Source: Hormiphora californensis (Eukaryota; Animalia; Ctenophora). Taken from it: 64,000 bases of DNA. The translations under genes and the position numbers were made by a program. Location: NCBI GenBank assembly GCA_020137815.1, contig CM035361.1, positions 3,968,001-4,032,000 of the forward strand. The letters run 5' to 3'. The notes below the pieces were generated by a model that had not been told where the DNA came from, did not search any database, and saw only the letters and a list, made by a program, of their open reading frames with translations. Of the stretch, positions 1 through 10,176 are shown piece by piece (position 1 is the stretch's first letter; every line of letters begins with the position of its first letter).

Positions 1-656
1 AAACTTTGATTACTTGGTCTCCTTGATAAGATCTATCGATTGGTACCATTTTCATCTGTGTAGGTGACATAAATACAAGCTTTTTTGAGGTTTACATTCA
101 TTTTGGGCCAAAAGTTAACCTCAATTTTTTCCTTAACGGTGCGCGCTAAAACGATTCCAACTATTTCATCTGGTCCGGCTCTTCGAGCCGGACCAAACCC
201 CGAAAGTGACTTTTTAGATCCCCCGACCCCCCCCTCTGGCCTTAATTAACAATGAATAAATGATGAATAATACAACGGTGATGACAGATGAATGTTTTTC
301 ATTTTCGGGGACGTGGATTTTGGAACAACCAGATCCTTCTTTGTTTCAAACAAAGGAAAGTGCGCGTACGCGCGATTTCACTAACTGCTGACAATCCTAA
401 TCCATCAAAACCCAACCCAACCATGTATGTAACGCGCGACGACACCTGAGGTGGGCCTTTTTAGTTTGGGTTTCACATTAAATGATGCAATACCACAGCG
501 AGATGTTGCCAAAATAAGGACACAAGGTTGGTGTCAGTTATAGCGGTGTTGTATTCGTGATATGGATGTGAATGTGAATATGAATTTTTTTTGTTTTGTT
601 ATTTGTAATTTAACTAATTAATAATGGACCCGTATGCAGATTAAAATTTTAAAGGA

Positions 657-1652
657 TCAGATATTTAAGGTATTCAAGAAAAAGAGTGACATCGATATTT
701 TCGTCGATATTCGTGAAGCTAGCTCCAGAATGTCTTTCCCCTTCAGCTCTTTGTTCCCTGCTGCCCCCTGACCCTGTATGGCGGCGCCATACCCCATTTG
801 ACAGTGCGCTCAGATGGGTCGCGGCGCCAGACAGGCTGCCCCCAGGTCCAATGTCCTCAGAATACCCTCCGTGATGCGTAGAGGCTCCAAGCCCCTGGTT
901 TTTACGAACATCTGAACCAGGTTCCTTTTAGCAATCATGGAGAGAGGGCTGTTCCCGTAGAACGATGGTAGGCGTTCTGAGTGAGCGAGCCGGTAACACG
1001 CCTCTCGCGTTATCTTCTCGATTCGCAGTGCGAACCTTCTCAGGATCTTCAAGCCCGAGTCAAAATCTTCAAATGGTACCATGTTTTCCTCTTCCACCAC
1101 GATTTGGAGCAGAATGCTCAGCTCAGGATTCATGATACTCTGCAAATCTGATGTGTTGAAGGGTTGCAATATTACATCCCATGAGCTTCCCGGGCGCGTG
1201 TGTCATTTCAGATGCTAGGCTTCACCGGTACGCGGAATTCCATTCTGACTCCGGCATTCCCCTCCGTAGCAGGGATTACGGTCCTGTTGATCGCCCGCTC
1301 CATGTCTCGTATGTTTCGTGATGTTGGTATACCTCTCCTGCTCTCTTTCCTCACTTCCTCTGGGGTAGACCGCGATGTTACTTGCTTCCTCATTATCTCT
1401 TGCCGCCCAAGCCCGAAATCTTTGGAACTGTTGCCACTCCTCGTCTTGTGGCCCTGTTGGCGTGACTTGACGTTCGTCCCTCCTTCGTCTGGCAGGGACC
1501 TCTATTATGTCAGACGTCTCTCGAGCTCCTCCCGATGTTCCACTTACCGGAGTTTCCCCATTGTCTTGCTGTATAGTATTCTCTTCAGCTGCTCCGTGTC
1601 TTTGAGCGTTGTTCTCCGATGTCTCCATGTTGGTGGTAGTAGACGTGTCCAT
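657..1652 (-). pseudogene. Disrupted intronless coding relic of unknown family
   Basis: ORFs 1215-1652 and 810-1169 are in the same frame, separated by two stops. Removing a 66-bp insert (769-834) plus one copy of its 9-bp flanking duplication gctgccccc extends the frame (LDLGAAGNKELKGKDILELASRIS...) to TGA at 657-659. No domain recognised. Confidence 0.4.
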
Positions 1653-2179
1653 TGTAGATATAGTAGATCGATCGGGAATCGGTTAACGGGATGGAGAGAT
1701 TGTACTAGTCAGAGTTGAAGTTGATTTATCCCTCTATTTTCTGGAATATATATACCGCGAGTGCACATATCACTCCCGCTCCGCGCGACCATTTGCACGG
1801 TGAAATATGCACTCTGCTTCCGCGGGAGCGTGCAGATATAGGGGTAGCGGGATATAAGTAAGAACAGTGTCCCCTCAGTGTTTTTACACCTTATTCACAC
1901 ACAAACACACAGAATATGACTGACAAGGTACCACGCAACACATTTTACACTCACTCTCCCTCTTTCTCTCACTAATTATCCCCTTATCATGTTTTGTTGT
2001 TCACTATTTCCAAGAATTCCAATCTCCCTCTCTCGTATCTCTCTCTTTATCCCTCTCTTCATTCCATTGTTAAAACGTGCCAAAACTTGTTCCCTTGTGT
2101 GTAAGAGTTGCAGTAGTGTCTGTTAGTATTTTTGAGTGTGTTTTGCTTAGTTTGTGCTTTGTTTTGTCACATCTCTCTG

Positions 2180-5100
2180 GGAGGGTGAGATTCCTTCCTA
2201 CGCCTGATGGAGTGCGGGCCGGGGCTAACGTCTAGCACAACCCTACTAAAAGGGATGTAGCAAGCGATAGTGTCTAAAGACTCCATCTCTGGAGAGCATA
2301 CCCAGGGGACAAACCACACACCCCCCTGTAATGGGTCTCTCCATCTAACATGGACTAACCCAACCCCTTAATCAAGATTCAAAAATTCCAAACTACTAAC
2401 AAATTCACTCCAGGTACAATGGTAGAAAACCAGCAGAGACAGGAGTTAAACACTTCATTATATTATTACCCAGGGGCTCTTTTACGTTCCCCTGTAACTA
2501 CCAGAGCCAAGTTTTGGGACGGGGCAACTACAGGGATGCCCAAATCAAATGGGCTACCCTTGCTCCCGACCTTACATAACCTAACTAAAGAACCAATATA
2601 TATAGGCCAATAGGGTGTGAAATTCGCCGACCCCCAGGCCACGGGGCCTTAATTCCGTGGTCACGAGGCGTCTCTTCTTTCCCTTTTAAAACAACGGGGC
2701 ATATCATTACTGACCCGCCATAATCCCATGCTATATGGAGAATTATATTACCTTCACAAACCATCTAAGTGAGGACTCTCACTACCCTTATCTCCCCCAA
2801 ATAGCTAGAGGACTCTCAGCAACTCCGCACAGGGCCCCCATCCCAGGAGGGCCCTCCAGGGAGCACCCTCTATCCGGGGAGCACCCTCCATTACATGAGG
2901 GCACCAGCCCCTGTAAAACGGGACTATCGCCCGTAAGAGAAGCTGACCTTCTAAATGATGGAGATTCGGGCAGTGTAGCGACAGGGAAAGGGCAGAAGAG
3001 TCAAATCGCAGCCCCGAATAGTGCAGGTGGAATCCAAATGACCCTCCGAAAGGAAGGGACAGGGAGGTCCAACACTGCCCGCGGAGCCCAAGACAATCTG
3101 CCGCCCCCACCCCAGAAGGAGGGGCAGCAGAGTCTAGGGCCGCCTCCAGGACCCTCAGCAGCCAAGAAAATAAGTAAAAACATCAGAGTAACACAAATTA
3201 ACCTCCATAAAAGTCATGAAGCATGGGATGACATAATCACCTGTAACCAAACACGATCACAAATTATCCTAGCCCAAGAACCACCTATTATAGGGAAAAC
3301 ATCTAAAGTTAGAGCCAGCGGAGGATTCTCTGCCCTATATGACAAAAGGGCTCAGAGACCACGTGCGAGCATCTTAATCAATAGTAACCTAGGGAGGAAC
3401 GTATTTCTCCTTGACAAATTCACTGACAGGGACACAGTCACTATCCTTGTCAAACTGGGCACCAAATCAGTCATTTTATGCTCAATGTACATGGACAGAG
3501 AGCTAGAATGCCCTCCTAAATTACTAGGAGAGTTGGCAGCCCACGCAAAAAGAAATAACCTGAAACTAGTAATTGGATCTGATACCAACGCCCACAACAC
3601 TAGTTGGGGGGCACTGGTTAAAGATCCTATTGGGAAGAAAAGGGGAGATGCACTATTAGATGCCATTGTAGATCTTGATCTGCATGTATCGAACGTGAAT
3701 TGCCCCCACACTTTCGACAATGGAACAAGAAAAAATGTGCTAGATCTTACCATGACCAACAACCATGCACTGGACATGATACAAGACTGGCAGACAGTAG
3801 AAGGAAAATGCAGATCCGACCACGTACCCATCACATTTGTGTTGAGGGACATGGACGGTAGCAAGATCCGCTCTTTCTATAATATTAAGAAAACAAACTG
3901 GGCCCTATATAGACAACTTGTGGAAAAGGGCCTAGAAGAAACAGGACTGACAGAAATGGTAATATCAAACGCCGAAGAACTTGAAACAGCCAACGAAAAA
4001 CTAATAGAACTGATGCTGTGGGCATACTACAAGTGTACCCCAAAAACATACGTTTCCGCCCACTCCAAAGACCCCCCGTGGCTCAGTGGGGAGGTCAAGG
4101 CAGCTAGGGAAGAAATGTTTGATAAACTGAGACACGCCCAGACCACGAAAGTGCATCAAGACTGGGACTCAGCAAAAACAGCTCGAAACAAATACACAAA
4201 AACCAAAAACCAGTCTAAATTTAAAAACTGGAAAATATGGGCTGAAGATCTCGATGCATATTCAGATGCCCAGAAGGTTAGCCAAGTGCTCAAGAACAGT
4301 AAAGATTATAATCTCAGCTGTATCTTTGACGCAAATGGTGAACTATCACAGTCCCCTAAAGAAACCCTCCAGATAATGGCAGAGGTTCACTTTGGCGAGG
4401 ACCACTCAACTAGACCCTCCCTCAAGGACAAAACTGAAGCCCCAGAAGGGGAGTGGTCTGATGAAAAAACATTCTCGAAAACACGTATCATCAAGGCGCT
4501 GAGGGAATTTAAACCCTTAACAGCTGCTGGGCCGGATGGCATCAGGCCCATCATGATGCAAAAAGTAGCAGACATTATTGCTGAACCATTTGCAAAGATA
4601 GCTAAGGCATCGTACAGTCTAGGGGTAACCCCCAAATCCTGGCAGGAAGCAGAAGCCATCTACCTGCCCAAGCCAGGAAAGGATGACTATCGTATGCCTA
4701 AATCATACCGAACAATAACCCTTGCGTCAAACCTCCACAAACTCATGGAACGGTTAATTCTATGGCACATTGAGGTAGACCAAAAAGTACACAAAAAATT
4801 AAACAAGTCGCAATATGGATTTAGAAGAGGCGTTTCAACAGAAACAGCCCTCCATAAAGTAGTACGCAAACTCGAAGGCACCCTCATGCACAAGGGCATT
4901 GCCCTGGGTACGTTCTTGGACATCGAGGGAGCCTTCGATAATGTGGCATTCCAAGCTATGGAAAGAGCCCTTCATGCAAAGCTACGCGACAAAAGAACAG
5001 CGGTCTGGATCACCTACATGATCTCAAACCGCGAAATAACCACGAACCTAATGGAAGAGTCCCTTACTATAAGAGCCACCCGGGGTTGTCCCCAGGGAGG

Positions 5101-7038
5101 AATACTTTCCCCGTTCCTATGGAACCTGGTAATGGACGATCTACTAAACCATAGCAAAAAGAATATACCAGGTGAACTACAGGGCTTTGCGGATGACTTA
5201 TGTCATATAGTAGCAACCACAATGCCCTCCGGAAGAAATGGACCCTCTGCGGACATACTCCCTCTAAGGGACGCGACCCAGAAGGGGCTTAATTCCATAA
5301 ACGCCTGGTGTAAGACAGTAGGGCTCAAACTAAGTGCCCTGAAATCGCATGTAGTCATATTCACCCATCGAAAAAATGTGAAAATTGGAAACCCGATCAA
5401 AATTCAGGGTAACCCTATCGAAGTGTCCGAATCCACGAAGTTTCTAGGGATCACCCTTGACAGCAAACTGAACTGGAACGAGCACGTAAACAAACAAATA
5501 AAAAAAGCAAAAAATATCCTGATGCAGTGCCGTAAAGTGGTGGGACCCACGTGGGGACTAAACCCTAAAACGGCCCTATGGATATACACTGCAATAGTGA
5601 GACCCACCTTATGCTACGGGGCAATGGTCTGGGCTAATGCAATGCGAACCAAAACAAACAAAGAAAACATGATAAGGGTACAGAGGCTAGCACTCAAGAT
5701 GGTAACTGGGGCCATGCCCTCGACGCCATCAACAGCCCTAGACACAATCACAAACACCGCCCCGATCACCGACCATCTGAGGTACTGTGCAGCCAAAACT
5801 GCATACACCCTAATGGCAACGGGAGAATGGGAAGGGCCAATAAAATCAGACCTAAAGACCCCAAAAGTGTTCACTTCGCATGCCAACACGGTATCACGTG
5901 ATCTCAGAACTCTGGAAGCAGAGGGCAGATGTCACGATCTCACAACCCCGGAACTCACCCTAGACAGGGAATTCTTGTTAGAGATCCCAGAAAGGGAGAC
6001 GTTTTTGGAGGATGGAGACAAGTACACGATAGTTGCACACACTGATGGGTCAAAAATTAACAACAATGCCGGTGCAGGATACATTATCCACTCTGGCGAA
6101 ACAGAGCTAGCTCGAAATTCGTATAACCTAGGCCCCGAAGGAACTGTCCCGGCGGCAGAAATGTATGCCATACAACAGACGGCTCAATATCTCCTGGATA
6201 GGGGAACAGCTAACGAGCGAATACTCATAAACTGTGACAGTCAAGGGACAATAAAGACCCTAGACTCCACGACATGCAGATCAAAAACCACGATAAAGAC
6301 TATCAAAAATCTGAACACCCTAGCCATATTCAACGATGTCATGATTAGATGGATCCCGGCCCATCAAGGGTACGATGGAAACGAAATAGCAGACATCTTG
6401 GCAAAAAGGGGTGCTCAGGAAATCGAAGAAGTTACTCTCATACCAATTCCCAAAGCGGCAGCCTATGCAGCCCTCAGGGAGAAGATTAAAACCGGACCCA
6501 TCAAACAAACCAAACATATGGACATGATGTGGACCGAAAGATATGAGAGACCTCTTCAAAAACTAAATAGAACAGACCTAAGGGCGGCGACACACCTACT
6601 CACAGGGCACTGCCACCTTAACTACCACATGAAAAAATTAAAAAAAGTCGAGACCACAACCTGTGCAGCATGTGGGATGGAAGACGAGACAATAAAGCAT
6701 GTACTTACTGAATGCCCCGCCCTTTGGAAACTCCGACAGGAATCCTTTGACAGGCTGGGCCTCAGCATGTACGAAATTAGACACCATCAACCCCTTAGAA
6801 AAACGATCTCGTTCTATAAGAAGGCGATGGAGATACTTCACCCCCCTGAAACCACCCCTTAAAGGGAGGTTTCCCCTGTGACATGGTATGGCACCAGCTC
6901 CCCAAGTCTCCTTGGGCCGAAGCAGTTGGCAACATACCAGCCACACCACCCAGGACGGGGAACGGGAGCCCCATGGCACCCACCCCTTACTGGCTAGTGC
7001 TTCGCACTAGCCAGCGTCCTCCCAGAAGAAGAAGAAGA
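2180..7038 (+). mobile_element. Full-length non-LTR retrotransposon (I-group, LOA/Lian-like, single ORF)
   Basis: 12-bp TSD cacatctctctg at 2168-2179 and 7039-7050; (GAA)n tail at ~7024-7038; hairpin-rich 3' UTR; ~550-bp 5' UTR. Confidence 0.93.
2735..6862 (+). CDS. LINE polyprotein: APE endonuclease, reverse transcriptase, RNase H, C-terminal zinc-binding motif
   Basis: 1375-aa uninterrupted ORF. APE motifs QINL, QEP, GSDTNAH, LDLT, SDH. RT motifs GPDG, YRTITL, QYGFR, FLDIEGAFD, GCPQGGILSP, FADD, KFLG. RNase H motifs TDGS, AEMYA, CDSQ, WIPAH..GNEIAD. C-terminal CAAC..H...C. Confidence 0.96.
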   Translation: MENYITFTNHLSEDSHYPYLPQIARGLSATPHRAPIPGGPSREHPLSGEHPPLHEGTSPCKTGLSPVREADLLNDGDSGSVATGKGQKSQIAAPNSAGGIQMTLRKEGTGRSNTARGAQDNLPPPPQKEGQQSLGPPPGPSAAKKISKNIRVTQINLHKSHEAWDDIITCNQTRSQIILAQEPPIIGKTSKVRASGGFSALYDKRAQRPRASILINSNLGRNVFLLDKFTDRDTVTILVKLGTKSVILCSMYMDRELECPPKLLGELAAHAKRNNLKLVIGSDTNAHNTSWGALVKDPIGKKRGDALLDAIVDLDLHVSNVNCPHTFDNGTRKNVLDLTMTNNHALDMIQDWQTVEGKCRSDHVPITFVLRDMDGSKIRSFYNIKKTNWALYRQLVEKGLEETGLTEMVISNAEELETANEKLIELMLWAYYKCTPKTYVSAHSKDPPWLSGEVKAAREEMFDKLRHAQTTKVHQDWDSAKTARNKYTKTKNQSKFKNWKIWAEDLDAYSDAQKVSQVLKNSKDYNLSCIFDANGELSQSPKETLQIMAEVHFGEDHSTRPSLKDKTEAPEGEWSDEKTFSKTRIIKALREFKPLTAAGPDGIRPIMMQKVADIIAEPFAKIAKASYSLGVTPKSWQEAEAIYLPKPGKDDYRMPKSYRTITLASNLHKLMERLILWHIEVDQKVHKKLNKSQYGFRRGVSTETALHKVVRKLEGTLMHKGIALGTFLDIEGAFDNVAFQAMERALHAKLRDKRTAVWITYMISNREITTNLMEESLTIRATRGCPQGGILSPFLWNLVMDDLLNHSKKNIPGELQGFADDLCHIVATTMPSGRNGPSADILPLRDATQKGLNSINAWCKTVGLKLSALKSHVVIFTHRKNVKIGNPIKIQGNPIEVSESTKFLGITLDSKLNWNEHVNKQIKKAKNILMQCRKVVGPTWGLNPKTALWIYTAIVRPTLCYGAMVWANAMRTKTNKENMIRVQRLALKMVTGAMPSTPSTALDTITNTAPITDHLRYCAAKTAYTLMATGEWEGPIKSDLKTPKVFTSHANTVSRDLRTLEAEGRCHDLTTPELTLDREFLLEIPERETFLEDGDKYTIVAHTDGSKINNNAGAGYIIHSGETELARNSYNLGPEGTVPAAEMYAIQQTAQYLLDRGTANERILINCDSQGTIKTLDSTTCRSKTTIKTIKNLNTLAIFNDVMIRWIPAHQGYDGNEIADILAKRGAQEIEEVTLIPIPKAAAYAALREKIKTGPIKQTKHMDMMWTERYERPLQKLNRTDLRAATHLLTGHCHLNYHMKKLKKVETTTCAACGMEDETIKHVLTECPALWKLRQESFDRLGLSMYEIRHHQPLRKTISFYKKAMEILHPPETTP

Positions 7039-7244
7039 CACATCTCTCTGTGTGTAATCACCCAATATTATGATTGTTTTGCTTGTCATGTGTTTTCTCG
7101 CGGAATATATACTCAATAACGTCCTGCACGGCATGTGCAAGCGCTCCTATATCGCACTCGTTTCACTCGTGCAATATAGGTGTGAAATGCACTCCAGCTT
7201 CGCTGTCGTGCATTTCACCTCCATATACGCTCTGCAGTGCAGAG

Positions 7245-9483
7245 GGCAATTTCTGATTTGCCGCATACGGCGTCTAGACGGCGTCGCAACGCCGTCTAGA
7301 CGGCGTCTAGACGGTATACCGTCTGGACGGGTTTCGGTGAAATCAGCTAAAAACGGTACCGAAATTGCTTGAGACGGGTTATAGACGGTATCAGACGGTC
7401 TCTAGACGGGTTATAGACGGTATCAGACGGTGTTGCGACGGTATCAGACGGTCTCTAGACGGTGTCTAGACGGTACCGTCCCGGCGTCTGGACGGCGTCT
7501 GGACGGTGTCTAGACGGTATCCGTCCGAAGTTGAGACGGCACGTCTGAAAATTGTACCAGACGTTGAGACGGACTTTTAGAACTCCGTCTGTATTTCAGA
7601 CGGAGTTTTAAAAGTACGTCTCAACGCAGTCTAAAGGAAAATCGATGAAAGTACCGTCTAGACAACGTCTCAACTGAAACCGGTCAACATACCGTCTAAA
7701 CAACGTCTAGACAACGTCTAAACAGAATCTCGCGATTCAGTTTCAAATACCGTCTAGACAACTTCTCCAGCAATTTCGATACGAATACCGTCTAAACAAC
7801 GTCTAGACAACGTCTTATGCGAATCCGATACAGATACCGTCTAAACAACGTCTCATAACCGACACTATCTATCACTGATAGTATCAGCGTAGAAACTTTG
7901 ATAGTATCAACTTTGCAACCGCTTACAACCAGTTATAATTGGTGATGAATGTGTGCCTTTTTGATAATGAAAATGATGTACAGTTGGACCTCGATTTATT
8001 TGAAGTTGGGTACGAAAATTACCGGGAGGATAACCCCTTTCCCGTCCCCGAGCATCTTGGTATCGAAGACACCTCACACTCTGTTTAGAGGTATCAGAAG
8101 GGCTTGCCCTATTTTTATAGCGCGCCCAAAACGTTATACTGAGCACTGAAAAGTTGTAGTCTACACTACATAGTTCTAGCTAAGGGGTTTGAGCCGCGCA
8201 CAGGGCCACACCGAGACCAAATCTCGTTACTTTCCTGATTTCTTTGACACAAACAAGTATTGCAGAGCGGCCAATAGAGCTGGCGGTTTCAAACTTCGTC
8301 CGTATTCGGAGGGATAGATTAGCAGTTCAGTGTTTCAAACCAGGTTTAATTTGGCAAAGTAGAAGCTGAGTTACAACATGTTTTGTACAAATGGTTCAAC
8401 TTCAAGACCTTTTTAATTTTGATGGCCAGACCTTTCAAGATAGAAACTTCAAACTTTGCCACGATCTTTGATATGATGTTAAGCATACCTGACCTACTTT
8501 TTCAAAAATTTTTTTCATCATTAACACCTAAAACTGATTTCAAAACCAAGGTTCCGGGGATAATTTTTTAAATATGAGTACAGAATTATAATTTTCAGAC
8601 AATTTGGTGGGGAATACCAAAATTTGGTGCATTTTCATTGAGTGGTTGAGGAGCTATTAATTTTTGAAGTGAATCAAAGCGGGTTTGTTACCCCTACTCA
8701 GGCCGCTTCGCGGCCTTCGTTTGGCGTGCTTCGCACGCCGCGCCGGCAAGGGAGGGGTAACTTCGTTACCAACCGAGCATCGCGGTACGACTGTGCTGGT
8801 TAAACACATGTGTAATTTTCATTCAATAGGCACACATCTACCACTAATTCCAACTGGCATGGGTAATCCAGAATGGTCTTCGAAAACGGTCGAGTCTAGA
8901 CATCATTATTTGAGACGTTGTCTAGACGTTGTTTAGACGGTATTCTTATCGAAATTGCTGGAGAAGTTGTCTAGACGGTATTTGAAACTGAATCGCGAGA
9001 TTCTGTTTAGACGTTGTCTAGACGTTGTTTAGACGGTATGTTGACCGGTTTCAGTTGAGACGTTGTCTAGACGGTACTTTCATCGATTTTCCTTTAGACT
9101 GCGTTGAGACGTACTTTTAAAACTCCGTCTGAAATACAGACGGAGTTCTAAAAGTCCGTCTCAACGTCTGGTACAATTTTCAGACGTGCCGTCTCAACTT
9201 CGGACGGATACCGTCTAGACACCGTCCAGACGCCGTCCAGACGCCGGGACGGTACCGTCTAGACACCGTCTAGAGACCGTCTGATACCGTCGCAACACCG
9301 TCTGATACCGTCTATAACCCGTCTAGAGACCGTCTGATACCGTCTATAACCCGTCTCAAGCAATTTCGGTACCGTTTTTAGCTGATTTCACCGAAACCCG
9401 TCCAGACGGTATACCGTCTAGACGCCGTCTAGACGGCGTTGCGACGCCGTCTAGACGCCGTATGCGGCAAATCAGAAATTGCC
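7245..9483. mobile_element. Non-autonomous fold-back DNA transposon (GG termini, 8-bp TSD; Merlin-like or related)
   Basis: ~570-bp near-perfect inverted arms (7245-~7815 and ~8913-9483) built of (t)agacgg repeats; termini ggcaatttctgatttg/caaatcagaaattgcc; TSD gtgcagag at 7237-7244 and 9484-9491. Confidence 0.88.
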
Positions 9484-10176
9484 GTGCAGAGCGTATATGG
9501 CGCGCTTGCACTGCGTGCAGAACGTTATGTACTATATATATATTCTCTTCATTTTGTTATGACTATCTCTATGTCATGTTTGTCCATTATTTGGTGATAG
9601 CATTGTGGCATGATTTATGATGCCTTTTGATTATATATGTTATGTCTGGTAGATGTTAAAACTTAACCAACTCATTTTTTAAATAATAAAACTGAAAACA
9701 GTCCGTATTATCCTCAGTTGGATAAAACTTAATCAACTGATGTGCCGTTTGATGATCTCTTGATTCTTCTTCACTTTCCGATCTCTCCTTCTATTCACGC
9801 GACGGCCCGTCGGCAGGGAGGGCGGGTACCGTCTGTCTGTCTGTCTGTCTCTCTGTCTCTCAGCTCTCTGTCTCTCTGTCTGTCTCTGATCTGTCTGTTA
9901 CAGTAGATATGCAATGACAATATGCATATTGCAATATGTCTGACTCTGAGACCGGTCTGGACCTTAATCTTAGTCAATACTCTACAAATAAAACTCACAA
10001 TTTTCAAATCTAATGAATTCAGGCATTTCAGCCAAATCACTTACATACGTCATACATAGTTAATTGTAATTAATATTTTCAATGAACTAAAGTCTCACAC
10101 CCCTTACTCAACAAGTCCGTAATCATACAAAAAAACAATGTTAATTACTAAACATCTTTCTAATTCTTCACTGCTT

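Noticed and set aside
2180-2400. HDV-like ribozyme at the LINE 5' end
   Set aside because: I could only build nested hairpins, not the double pseudoknot. An RNArobo/Infernal search would be needed.
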